Part shown: positions 1 through 18,336 of the stretch, one piece after another
Numbering within the stretch: position 1 is the first letter of the stretch
How the letters are laid out: the number at the start of each line of letters is the position of its first letter
DNA from: Hormiphora californensis
Taxonomy: Eukaryota > Animalia > Ctenophora
NCBI GenBank assembly: GCA_020137815.1
Contig: CM035350.1
Location: 10,416,001-10,480,000, forward strand
Reading direction: 5' to 3'
Length of the DNA: 64,000 nt
Notes under the pieces: model-generated
Told to the model about the DNA's origin: nothing
Database searches by the model: none
Seen by the model: the letters and a program-made list of their open reading frames with translations, nothing else
Translations under genes and position numbers: made by a program

Positions 1-365
1 GAGAGAGAGAGAGGGAGGTAACATGGTAACCATGGTAAAACAAGGCAGACAAGAAACCTGACAGAGAGAGAGAGAGGTGATGTAACATGGTAACCATGGT
101 AAAACAAGGCAGACAAGAAACCTGACAGAGAGAGGGAGGTAATATAACATGGTAACCATGGTAACACAAGGCAGACAGAAAACCTGACAGAGAGAGGGAG
201 GTAATGTAACATGGTAACCATGGTAACACAAGCCAGACAGAAAACCTGACAGAGAGGGAGGGAGGTAATGTAACATGGTAACCATGGTAACACAAGGCAG
301 ACAAGAAACCTGACAGAGAGAGAGAGGTAATGTAACATGGTAACCATGGTAACACAACATGGTAA
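1..365 (-). repeat. ~60-65 bp tandem repeat (5 copies) made of the ADK splice acceptor plus the first ~17 nt of the next exon
   Basis: Minus strand reads ctctctgtcag|GTTTCTTGTCTGCCTTG = (G)FLSAL, the direct continuation of GDAFAG-G in ADK. Each copy then runs into a tgttaccatggttacc filler. Confidence 0.8.
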
Positions 366-404
366 CAGAGAGAGAGAGAGAGGGAGGTGAGGTTGTGTGT
401 GTGT

Positions 405-6326
<5,922 letters not shown>

Positions 6327-6775
6327 GGTTGCGAGGGGAGAGAGGAGCCCTGGCTAAAACAGAAAAAGTAGATGAGAATACACACATTTACTCAGAGATT
6401 GTGAGAGAGTCTTTCTAACTCAAGTGTTTAGTAAACAAGAGTTAGAAATCATCAGATGTCAGAGTAACAACAAAGTAGCACTGCTACTAGCAGAGAGGTA
6501 ATAACACTAACTGGAATGAAATGTCTACAAGAATTGTGAATTGTGCTCACTGAAGTAGTGCTGTAACAATGTGTTGCGTGACAAGTAGGGAGGGGACGAT
6601 AATCTAAACTTGAGTACTGCACTAGGCGTGATCTAGGGGGGCAGAGAGGGGCCCACTGCACTTGAGGAGCTAGGTGGGGGGGGGGGGGGCAGAGGGTGAG
6701 AGGGGTGGGAAATGGGAAACTACATTCTGAGTAAGTAACAAGCAGAGATTGACATTGTAAGTTAGAAACTGGAGA

Positions 6776-6780
<5 letters not shown>

Positions 6781-6861
<81 letters not shown>

Positions 6862-6910
6862 TCGTAAACATCGACTGACTGCTGCCGTATGGCCGGACGC
6901 TACTCTGAGA

Positions 6911-6996
<86 letters not shown>
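6781..6996. repeat. Inverted (GA)n / (TC)n microsatellite pair with ~55-bp spacer
   Basis: GA tract 6781-6857, TC tract ~6913-6996. Confidence 0.9.
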
Positions 6997-6999
<3 letters not shown>

Positions 7000-7479
7000 G
7001 TACTCGCTAGACGTAAACGTGTTACGAGCAAAGTGAAATGATAGAAGGGGTGAAGGGTAGTGAAGAGGAGAGGGGTGAAGAAGAGATAAGGCAATTTGAT
7101 TGTAAGACACGCAGAATCAGACACACACAGAGTAGTAGGAGAAAACTTGAAAACGATATTTATTTAAGCAAATCTCTTGTTTATGTAAGAGGAGCATAGT
7201 GCTACCCTCTAGTAACGTATAACTATCCTCTAGAGGCCGGTAATACAGAGATCAATAACCAGAATAACCGGTTCTCAGTCTGGATAAAATATTCAATACC
7301 CCCCCCCCCGCTCATCGGTATAATATAACACCTTACATCAAACATCCCCCCTAATTAATTCCATATTGTCTCACACAGAAGGTGGGTACATGCCCCCTCC
7401 CTCGGGTACATTTTATCAGAGTGTAGGTCTTCTCTTATATCGCCCCTTGCCTAAATCTCTTGACTTCCTCGGGTACATT

Positions 7480-7697
7480 TACGCTCCAGTTGCAGATTGG
7501 AAACTGGCACCAGGATTGGAAACTGGCACCAGGAGTTAGCTGGGAGAATCCTTATGAACCATGCTGCGTGCGACATCTTCGATGACTAGCAGGGATTTCG
7601 ATGTGAATTGCATTGAAAGTAGCGCCACACGCAGTGTCAGCAGCAGAGTGAATCTCTGGCATCAAGAACCTGGCTCCAGTAGTAAAATCTCTAACTG
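7480..7697. mobile_element. ~215-bp dispersed repeat (unclassified, SINE/MITE-like), copy 1
   Basis: Closely similar to 28604-28824 (acgctccagttgcagattggaaactg ... gaatctctggcatcaagaa ... tctctaactg). Confidence 0.7.
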
Positions 7698-10600
7698 GGC
7701 CCTAATCGGGGGGTAGGCCTTCTCTTATATCGACCCTGCCTGAATCTCTTGACCCCCATCTCAGATTTAACAAAGTTCCTGTAGGATTGTTCGTTATCCT
7801 CTCTTATCTTTCTTCTCAGTGCGTTGAAGTACCCATCCCAATCCGTTACATTCTTGTTTCTGTGGGTGTGCCTGTACACAGACACACTCGCTCCACTAAT
7901 GCAGTGGTCAGAGAGATAGCGTTTCACTGAGGACTCGGCCTGCCATGCCTCCATGGGAGTAGAGAACCACATACAATATAACCTGCATGGAGGAAGGAGT
8001 GAAGAGAGGAATCAATAAATTGGAGTGAAGAGAGGAATCAATAAATTGGAGTGAAGAGAGGAATCAATAAATTGGAGTGAAGAGAGGAATCAATAAATTG
8101 GAGTGAAGAGAGGAATCAATAAATTGGAGAGAGGAATCAATAAATTGGAGAGAGGAATCAATAAATTGGAGTGAAGAGAGGAATCAATAAATTGGAGTAA
8201 AGAGAGGAATCAATAAATTGGAGTGAAGAGAGGAGTCAATAAATTGGAGTGAAGAGAGGAATCAATAAATTGGAGAGAGGAATCAATAAATTGGAGAGAG
8301 GAATTAATAAATTGGAGTGAAGAGAGGAATCAATAAATTGGAGTGAAGAGAGGAATCAATTTAGGATGGAGGAAGGGGTGAAGAGAGGAATCAATTTAGG
8401 ATGGAGGAAGGGGTGAAGAGAGGAATCAATTTAGGATGGAGGAAGGAGTGAAGAGAGGAATCAATCACCATGTAGCTTCACTAGACCTAAATAAAATACA
8501 GATGCGGGTCAATATTGTATTTACCTTTTCTTTGAAATAACTTCAGCTGAGATAGGTTTCAGAGAGAGGTCTGCTATCATTGTATTGTAGAATGAGGGAG
8601 GGTTAGTCAGTGAGATATCTACTGAGAATGAAACTTCTTGGTTCACTTGGTGTAGAGACAACTCCAGTGCAGAGTTTACCACATCACCACCTTCTTCAGC
8701 TGTAACATTTGACTTGTTAATTATCTCTGTGGGTTAAATACATTGTTGTCCTGGAGATGTGATACTGTGGAGATGATACATTAGTCCTGCAACTAAAAAC
8801 AAGGTACTGTGGAGATGATACATGTGTGAGATTATAATACTCACACAAGAAGGATGTGGCCTGAACAACATCAACACTAACACTGTCCTCCACTAGCTTC
8901 AGCAGCTCCCTATCACTTTTATCTGCCACTATTACTTGACACTTGCCCTCCCTCCCAGCCCTCCCTGCACGACCCGCCCTGTGCATGTAGCTCTCCAAAT
9001 CAGGTGCTGGTTGAACCTGGATCACCTGTATAACAAGATGGGGGTATCAAGACGGGGGCGGGGGTTCTATTCTGCAGAACAAGATGGAGGTATCAAGACG
9101 GGGGGCGGGGGGTTCTATTCTGTATAACAAGATGGGGTTATATCAAGAGAGGGGCTGAACCTGGATCACCTGTATAACAAGATGGGGGTATCAAGACGGG
9201 GGGTGGGGGGGGGGGTTCTATTCTGCAGAACAAGATGTAGGTATCAAGAGAGGGGCTGAACCTGGATCACCTGCATAACAAGATGGGGGTATATCAAGAC
9301 GGGGGGCGGGGGGTTCTATTCTTCAGAACAAGATGGAGGTATCAAGAGAGGGGCTGAACCTGGATCACCTGCATAACAAGATGGGGGTATATCAAGACGG
9401 GGGGGGGGGGGGGTTCTATTCTGCAGAAAGGAACTGATATAATGATCGGCATCAGGAATATCTAGACCACGTGCCCCACGTACCTGTCTACAGTCAGGAA
9501 TATCTAGACCACGTGCCACGTACCTGTCTACAGTCAGGAATATCTAGACCACGTGCCACGTACCTGTCTACAGTCAGGAATATCTAGACCACGTGCCCCA
9601 CGTACCTGTCTACAGTCAGGAATATCTAGACCACGTGCCACGTACCTGTCTACAGTCAGGAATATCTAGACCACGTGCCACGTACCTGTCTACAGTCAGG
9701 AATATCTAGACCACGTGCCCCACGTACCTGTCTACAGTCAGGAATATCTAGACCACGTGCCACGTACCTGTCTACAGTCAGGAATATCTAGACCACGTGC
9801 CACGTACCTGTCTACAGTCAGGAATATCTAGACCACGTGCCACGTACCTGTCTACAGTCAGGAATATCTAGACCACGTGCCACGTACCTGTCTACAGTCA
9901 GGAATATCTAGACCACGTGCCACGTACCTGTCTACAGTCAGGAATATCTAGACCACGTGCCACGTACCTGTCTACAGTCAGGAATATCTAGACCACGTGC
10001 CACGTACCTGTCTACAGTCAGGAATATCTAGACCACGTGCCACGTACCTGTCTACAGTCAGGAATATCTAGACCACGTGCCACGTACCTGTCTACAGTCA
10101 GGAATATCTAGACCACGTGCCACGTACCTGTCTACAGTCAGGAATATCTAGACCACGTGCCACGTACCTGTCTACAGTCAGGAATATCTAGACCACGTGC
10201 CCACGTACCTGTCTACAGTCAGGAATATCTAGACCACGTGCCACGTACCTGTCTACAGTCAGGAATATCTAGACCACGTGCCCACGTACCTGTCTACAGT
10301 CAGGAATATCTAGACCACGTGCCCACGTACCTGTCTACAGTCAGGAATATCTAGACCACGTGCCACGTACCTGTCTACAGTCAGGAATATCTAGACCACG
10401 TGCCACGTACCTGTCTACAGTCAGGAATATCTAGACCACGTGCCACGTACCTGTCTACAGTCAGGAATATCTAGACCACGTGCCACGTACCTGTCTACAG
10501 TCAGGAATATCTAGACCACGTGCCACGTACCTGTCTACAGTCAGGAATATCTAGACCACGTGCCACGTACCTGTCTACAGTCAGGAATATCTAGACCACG

Positions 10601-13600
10601 TGCCCCACGTACCTGTCTACAGTCAGGAATATCTAGACCACGTGCCACGTACCTGTCTACAGTCAGGAATATCTAGACCACGTGCCACGTACCTGTCTAC
10701 AGTCAGGAATATCTAGACCACGTGCCACGTACCTGTCTACAGTCAGGAATATCTAGACCACGTGCCACGTACCTGTCTACAGTCAGGAATATCTAGACCA
10801 CGTGCCACGTACCTGTCTACAGTCAGGAATATCTAGACCACGTGCCACGTACCTGTCTACAGTCAGGAATATCTAGACCACGTGCCACGTACCTGTCTAC
10901 AGTCAGGAATATCTAGACCACGTGCCACGTACCTGTCTACAGTCAGGAATATCTAGACCACGTGCCACGTACCTGTCTACAGTCAGGAATATCTAGACCA
11001 CGTGCCACGTACCTGTCTACAGTCAGGAATATCTAGACCACGTGCCACGTACCTGTCTACAGTCAGGAATATCTAGACCACGTGCCACGTACCTGTCTAC
11101 AGTCAGGAATATCTAGACCACGTGCCACGTACCTGTCTACAGTCAGGAATATCTAGACCACGTGCCCCACGTACCTGTCTACAGTCAGGAATATCTAGAC
11201 CACGTGCCACGTACCTGTCTACAGTCAGGAATATCTAGACCACGTGCCACGTACCTGTCTACAGTCAGGAATATCTAGACCACGTGCCACGTACCTGTCT
11301 ACAGTCAGGAATATCTAGACCACGTGCCACGTACCTGTCTACAGTCAGGAATATCTAGACCACGTGCCACGTACCTGTCTACAGTCAGGAATATCTAGAC
11401 CACGTGCCACGTACCTGTCTACAGTCAGGAATATCTAGACCACGTGCCCCACGTACCTGTCTACAGTCAGGAATATCTAGACCACGTGCCACGTACCTGT
11501 CTACAGTCAGGAATATCTAGACCACGTGCCACGTACCTGTCTACAGTCAGGAATATCTAGACCACGTGCCACGTACCTGTCTACAGTCAGGAATATCTAG
11601 ACCACGTGCCACGTACCTGTCTACAGTCAGGAATATCTAGACCACGTGCCACGTACCTGTCTACAGTCAGGAATATCTAGACCACGTGCCACGTACCTGT
11701 CTACAGTCAGGAATATCTAGACCACGTGCCACGTACCTGTCTACAGTCAGGAATATCTAGACCACGTGCCACGTACCTGTCTACAGTCAGGAATATCTAG
11801 ACCACGTGCCACGTACCTGTCTACAGTCAGGAATATCTAGACCACGTGCCACGTACCTGTCTACAGTCAGGAATATCTAGACCACGTGCCACGTACCTGT
11901 CTACAGTCAGGAATATCTAGACCACGTGCCACGTACCTGTCTACAGTCAGGAATATCTAGACCACGTGCCACGTACCTGTCTACAGTCAGGAATATCTAG
12001 ACCACGTGCCACGTACCTGTCTACAGTCAGGAATATCTAGACCACGTGCCACGTACCTGTCTACAGTCAGGAATATCTAGACCACGTGCCACGTACCTGT
12101 CTACAGTCAGGAATATCTAGACCACGTGCCACGTACCTGTCTACAGTCAGGAATATCTAGACCACGTGCCACGTACCTGTCTACAGTCAGGAATATCTAG
12201 ACCACGTGCCACGTACCTGTCTACAGTCAGGAATATCTAGACCACGTGCCACGTACCTGTCTACAGTCAGGAATATCTAGACCACGTGCCACGTACCTGT
12301 CTACAGTCAGGAATATCTAGACCACGTGCCACGTACCTGTCTACAGTCAGGAATATCTAGACCACGTGCCACGTACCTGTCTACAGTCAGGAATATCTAG
12401 ACCACGTGCCACGTACCTGTCTACAGTCAGGAATATCTAGACCACGTGCCACGTACCTGTCTACAGTCAGGAATATCTAGACCACGTGCCACGTACCTGT
12501 CTACAGTCAGGAATATCTAGACCACGTGCCACGTACCTGTCTACAGTCAGGAATATCTAGACCACGTGCCACGTACCTGTCTACAGTCAGGAATATCTAG
12601 ACCACGTGCCACGTACCTGTCTACAGTCAGGAATATCTAGACCACGTGCCACGTACCTGTCTACAGTCAGGAATATCTAGACCACGTGCCACGTACCTGT
12701 CTACAGTCAGGAATATCTAGACCACGTGCCACGTACCTGTCTACAGTCAGGAATATCTAGACCACGTGCCACGTACCTGTCTACAGTCAGGAATATCTAG
12801 ACCACGTGCCACGTACCTGTCTACAGTCAGGAATATCTAGACCACGTGCCACGTACCTGTCTACAGTCAGGAATATCTAGACCACGTGCCACGTACCTGT
12901 CTACAGTCAGGAATATCTAGACCACGTGCCACGTACCTGTCTACAGTCAGGAATATCTAGACCACGTGCCACGTACCTGTCTACAGTCAGGAATATCTAG
13001 ACCACGTGCCACGTACCTGTCTACAGTCAGGAATATCTAGACCACGTGCCACGTACCTGTCTACAGTCAGGAATATCTAGACCACGTGCCACGTACCTGT
13101 CTACAGTCAGGAATATCTAGACCACGTGCCACGTACCTGTCTACAGTCAGGAATATCTAGACCACGTGCCACGTACCTGTCTACAGTCAGGAATATCTAG
13201 ACCACGTGCCACGTACCTGTCTACAGTCAGGAATATCTAGACCACGTGCCACGTACCTGTCTACAGTCAGGAATATCTAGACCACGTGCCACGGACCTGT
13301 CTACAGTCAGGAATATCTAGACCACGTGCCACGTACCTGTCTACAGTCAGGAATATCTAGACCACGTCCACGTACCTGTCTACAAGTCAGATATCTAGAA
13401 CACGTGCCACGTAACCTGTCTACAGTCAGGAATATCTAGACCACGTGCCACTACCTGGTTTTAACCCCGAGTTTTTAGAATATCAGCCACGTGCCCCATA
13501 CCCGTCACTCAGGAATTCTAGCCAGGCCCCCACCTTCTCATCAAATTCAGACCCCCCTGCCACTATTCAGTGCGCTAGGATGGAAAAAAATCCTTCCAAA

Positions 13601-15597
13601 AACAGATATTGATTCTTCTTTCAGAGGGGTGAGGGGCCCCGCATAGAGGGGGGAGAGCCCAGATTTACACCTGGGGTTTTAAAAGGGGGTTTATAGGTGA
13701 CCCTAGACAGGGTTTAACAGGGTGACCCCATAACAGGTGTTAAAAGGGTGGGTGTTAACAGGTGGGTGTTAAACATGGTGCCCTGACAGGGTTATCAGGG
13801 GACCCTTACGGTGTTAACAGGGTGGGTTTATCATGGTGACCCTAGGACGGGTTAACGGGGGGGTTAATTTGGGGGGGTTATCATGTACCCTAGTGACGGG
13901 TTAACATGGTACCCCTTGACAGGGGTTCAGGGGGGGTGTTATCATGGGGGCCCAGGGCAGGGGGTTTAAAAGGGGGGGTTATCAGGTGCCCCCATGACGG
14001 TGTTTAAAATGGTGACCCTATGACGGGGGTGTTAACAGGGTGGGTGTTATCATGGTGACCCTAGTGACAGGGTGTTAACAGGGTGACCCTAGTAACAGGG
14101 TGTTAACAGGGTGGGTGTTATCATGGTGGGTGTTATCATGGTGACCCTAGTGACAGGGTGTTATCATGGTGACCCTAGTGACAGGGTGTTAACAGGGTGG
14201 GTGTTATCATGGTGACCCTAGTGACAGGGTGTTAACAGGGTGGGTGTTATCATGGTGGGTGTTATCATGGTGACCCTAGTGACAGGGTGTTAACATGGTG
14301 ACCCTAGTGACAGGGTGTTAACAGGGTGGGTGTTATCATGGTGACCCTAGTGACAGGGTGTTATCATGGTGGGTGTTATCATGGTGACCCTAGTGACAGG
14401 GTGTTAACATGGTGACCCTAGTGACAGGGTGTTAACAGGGTGGGTGTTATCATGGTGACCCTAGTGACAGGGTGTTAACAGGGTGGGTGTTATCATGGTG
14501 ACCCTAGTGACAGGGTGTTAACAGGGTGGGTGTTATCATGGTGGGTGTTATCATGGTGACCCTAGTGACAGGGTGTTAACATGGTGACCCTAGTGACAGG
14601 GTGTTAACAGGGTGGGTGTTATCATGGTGGGTGTTAACAGGGTGGGTGTTATCATGGTGACCCTAGTGACAGGGTGTTAACATGGTGACCCTAGTGACAG
14701 GGTGTTATCATGGTGACCCCAGTGACAGGGTGTTAACATGGTGGGTGTTATCATGGTGACCCTAGTGACAGGGTGTTAACATGGTGACCCTAGTGACAGG
14801 GTGTTAACAGGGTGACCCTAGTGACAGGGTGTTAACAGGGTGACCCTAGTGACAGGGTGTTAACAGGGTGGGTGTTAACATGGTGACCCTAGTGACAGGG
14901 TGTTAACATGGTGACCCTAGTGACAGGGTGGGTGTTAACAGGGTGGGTGTTAACAGGGTGGGTGTTAACATGGTGACCCTAGTGACAGGGTGTTAACATG
15001 GTGACCCTAGTGACAGGGTGTTGTAGTTGTGACCACTGGTTACTTGGGGCTTACTTCTATGCTGTGTTCCTATGTTCACCCTTGTTATATACCTCTTGAA
15101 GACTCTCTGCTATCTCCTTCCTTTGTACAAACACCATGACTGCCTCAGGGTTCTCTCCCAACAGGTGCAGCAGGGTGTCAGTACGGCGGTGAGGTGGGGA
15201 CACAACCCACTGGTGGGAGAGGGTGGATGGGACAACCTGACCACTAGATATCACTTCTACATCACATTTCATCATGGACTTGAGATGGTCCAGATCGGGC
15301 AGAGTGGCAGAGGTAACTATCCATTGGGCCTGGAATTAGTTGGAATAGTTTATACAACAAGTAATGTTTCACATACTACTACCACACACAATACCTTTCT
15401 GAAGTTTCTTAGATACACCAATTAGTAATGTTACACATTTTAGTACCACTACTTCGTAGTTTACCTTTCTGTTTCGACCGATGGTCCGGATAATATGCTC
15501 CGTTTGGTTGCTAAAGTCTGGTCCAAGCAGCCGGTCATATTCGTCCATGACACACATGGATACATTGTGCAACCTGCAGGCGAGAGAGAGAGAGAGA

Positions 15598-15642
<45 letters not shown>

Positions 15643-18055
15643 CCGAGAGAGAGCAGAGAGAGGCGAGAGAGAGAGAGAGACTAGAGACTCGCTGCTCAAG
15701 ATGAGTTCTGTCGCGCGCGATCTCGAGATCTAGCGACTCTCTCGACACGTTTCTGACGCGACTCTCTCTCGCGAGCTCATGACTCGCTCTCCCAGGCAGC
15801 AGGTCTCTACTGAGCCGGTCCCGCCTCTCGATCTCATCTTACTCCCGCGCGAGTCTCGTGCGCAACCGTCTCGTCTCGCGCGAGTAGCCGCGTGTGTTCC
15901 TTTATTAAATTTGCAAGAGATCCATTATGTGCATGTCACGATGAATAGGAGAGAGAGAGAGGAAGATTAAAGGAGTCGGTATACTGGCTGCAGATCTCTC
16001 TGTACAACTAAAACAGGAGCGTGTGTAGTACACACTGTGTACTTACTTGAAGAGACCCTGTTTGATGACTTTATTGACGGTGGCAGGTGTACCTATAACC
16101 ACGGGAGCTGGGGTGAACCGGCCCTTTCCAGTCAACAGAGAGATAGGGGAGGAGTAGGGTAACAAGCTAACTAACCGCCTGAAAGGTGGAGGTATTAGTC
16201 AACAGAGAGACAGGGGAGGAGTAGGGTAACAAGCTAACTAATCGCCTGAAAGGTGGAGGTATTAGACAACAGAGAGATAGGGGAGGAGTAGGGTAACAGG
16301 CTTACTAATCGCCTGAAACATGACGGCATGGTGTTATATTGATTCCCTAGCAGCTAACCTCTATCCCCTAAGAAGTCAAGGTATACCTCCATCACCCCCA
16401 CCCACGGCCCATCCACCCAAGAAGTCAAGATATACCTCCATCACCCCCAACCGCGGCCCACCCCCCCCCCATATGTCAAGATATAACACCTCCTCCCATA
16501 TCTTACGAGTATATTTGCTCAGAGAGCTCCTTGGTAGGTGTTACAACTAGACAGATATACCTCCTCCCCCACCCCACCCACACCCCCACCCCCACCCCAC
16601 CCACCTCTTCCCATTGCTTACGAGTATATTTGCTCAGAGAGCTCCTTGGTAGGTGTTAGAACTAGACAGATATACCTCCTCCAACACCCCACCCACACCC
16701 CCACCCCACCCACCTCCTCCCATATCTTACGAGTATATTTGCTCAGAGAGCTCCTTGGTAGGTGTTAGAACTAGACAGATATACCTCCTCCCCCACCCCA
16801 CCCACACCCCCACCCCCACCCCACCCACCTCCTCCCATATCTTACGAGTATATTTGCTCAGAGAGCTCCTTGGTAGGTGTTAGAACTAGACAGATATACC
16901 TCCGTCCTCCTCCCCCACCCACCTCCTCCCATATCTTACGAGTATATTTGCTCAGAGAGCTCCTTGGTAGGTGTTAGAACTAGACAGATATACCTCCGTC
17001 CTCCTCCCCCACCCACCTCCTCCCATATCTTACGAGTATATTTGCTCAGAGAGCTCCTTGGTAGGTGTTAGAACTAGACAGATATACCTCCTCCAACACC
17101 CCACCCACACCCCCACCCCCACCCCACCCACCTCCTCCCATTGCTTACGAGTATATTTGCTCAGAGAGCTCCTTGGTAGGTGTTAGAACTAGACAGGGAT
17201 TCTCAAGACTCAGCTCCCCTTTCAGAACCCTGTTGATAACTGGGATTGCAAATGTCAGGGTCTTCCCACTTCCAGTCTCAGCCTGAACCACAACACTCCT
17301 GTAGTAGTAGAAAGGTACTTTTATTAAGTAGGGAAGATAAAGGGGGCTGAGAGAGGAGGCAGACTCCTGTTATAGTAAGAAGGTACTTTTATTATTGAGG
17401 CAATAAAGGGGGCTGAGGTACCACACTAGCAGGGGGGAGGGGGTGCTGTCCAAGCTTCCTGTTTACACGCTGCATATTATGACAAATATGTTTCAACACT
17501 CTCTCACGGCCCACTTGTCTGTCGCGGCTATGTGTTTCTAAATAACCAGAGTATGATCATGTTTACACTTCTAAGGTAGATAGATCTCTATAGAGTTAAT
17601 TCAATGAATGTATCACTGCCCCTACCTGTTATCAAGTGTAGCAGGTAGAACATCATTCTGGACCCCCAGGGTGTCCTGGAACTCTGAATTCAGTCTGGTT
17701 ACCTAGTTACTTAGTAACCTAGTTACCTGTTAGCTAGTGTAGCAGGTAGAACATCATTCTGGACCCCCAGGGTGTCCTGGAACTCTGAATTAAGTCGGGC
17801 ACACAAACTGGATTCTAGTTGAGGGAACCCTGAGAATGCGGCTGAGGTGACAGGCTGTAAGACACTTCCCTGAACCTTCCTGACCCTCCTTCTCTTATCC
17901 TGACGTTTCAATAAAGCAGGGGCTTCCAACCAATTGGGGGGTTTTCTAGCAGCAGCCTTTTTCAGTTTGTTCTGAGCGAGAGTCTCAGCCAAAAGGTCAA
18001 CAATTGGATCTTGAGTTGTTGAGAGATAGCGGGCTGAGATTCGCCTCAGAAACAT
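7691..18055 (-). CDS. DEAD-box RNA helicase with N-terminal mitochondrial-type presequence; motif II reads DEYD
   Basis: Exons 18055-17727, 17298-17149 (AETGSGKT, PTKELSEQ), 16178-16047 (IGTP), 15573-15465 (DEYDRLL), 15329-15093 (SAT, VMVFVQRK), a corrupted exon at ~13680-13530 (motif V ARGLDIP), 9025-~8845 (YMHRAGRAGRAG), ~8725-8525, 7982-7691. Junction near 8725-8845 is uncertain. Confidence 0.9.
7995..8465. repeat. ~26-bp tandem repeat made of the pyrimidine tract of the last helicase acceptor
   Basis: ggagtgaagagaggaatcaataaatt; minus strand attgattcctctcttcactcc leads into ...ttcctccatgcag|G at 7983. Confidence 0.85.
9028..9425 (-). repeat. ~100-bp repeats containing copies of the helicase acceptor and exon start (cag|GTGATCCAGGTTCA)
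   Basis: Extra copies near 9160-9175, 9260-9275, 9357-9372; the real acceptor is at 9026. Confidence 0.8.
9451..13540 (-). repeat. 40-bp satellite (~100 copies) = helicase motif V codons plus donor (ARGLDIPDCRQ|gtacgtg)
   Basis: Unit on minus GCACGTGGTCTAGATATTCCTGACTGTAGACAG|GTACGTG; occasional 41-42 bp variants. Confidence 0.95.
13700..15020. repeat. Compound minisatellite (gtgaccctagtgacagggtgttaaca / tgggtgttatca), garbled at its left end
   Basis: Directly visible. Confidence 0.9.
16129..16320 (-). repeat. Triplicated helicase exon-3 acceptor plus ~45 nt of exon
   Basis: tttcag|GCG(G/A)TTAGT..TTGTTACCCTACTCCTCCCC at ~16179, ~16247 and ~16314. Confidence 0.85.
16490..17195 (-). repeat. 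7 copies (95-115 bp) of the helicase exon-2 3' end (motif Ia) plus donor
   Basis: TGTCTAGTTCTAACACCTACCAAGGAGCTCTCTGAGCAAATATACTC|gtaag = CLVLTPTKELSEQIY; the real copy ends at 17149. Confidence 0.9.
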
Positions 18056-18336
18056 GCCTTTAACAGAGAAAACGCTAATTAATCACTTGCTAACTAATAA
18101 CAACCCACTAGAATAACATATTCCAGTCATGACACATTCTCAAATTGCAATATCAAATTGTAATATCAAATTGTAATATCAAATTGTAATATTAAATTGT
18201 AATAATATCAAACAAACATCATACAACAGCTGATATACTGTTCATTTCACAAAAAACTCAAATATAAATTATAATAGTCAAAAACTCAACAAGAAGTGTT
18301 GTTAGTAGAGGGGGTTGCTCAATTTGTGCTTACTAA

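Noticed and set aside
7595-7615. atgtgaattgca resembles a 5.8S rRNA motif
   Set aside because: Only ~12 nt match; flanks do not follow 5.8S.
13440-14040. Apparently novel sequence between two arrays
   Set aside because: Gradual decay of both flanking repeats with homopolymer inflation indicates low-quality consensus; it hides the real motif V exon.
15680-15900. CpG-rich island inside a helicase intron
   Set aside because: Reads like a garbled mixture of GA and TC repeats next to a GA tract; no supportable feature.
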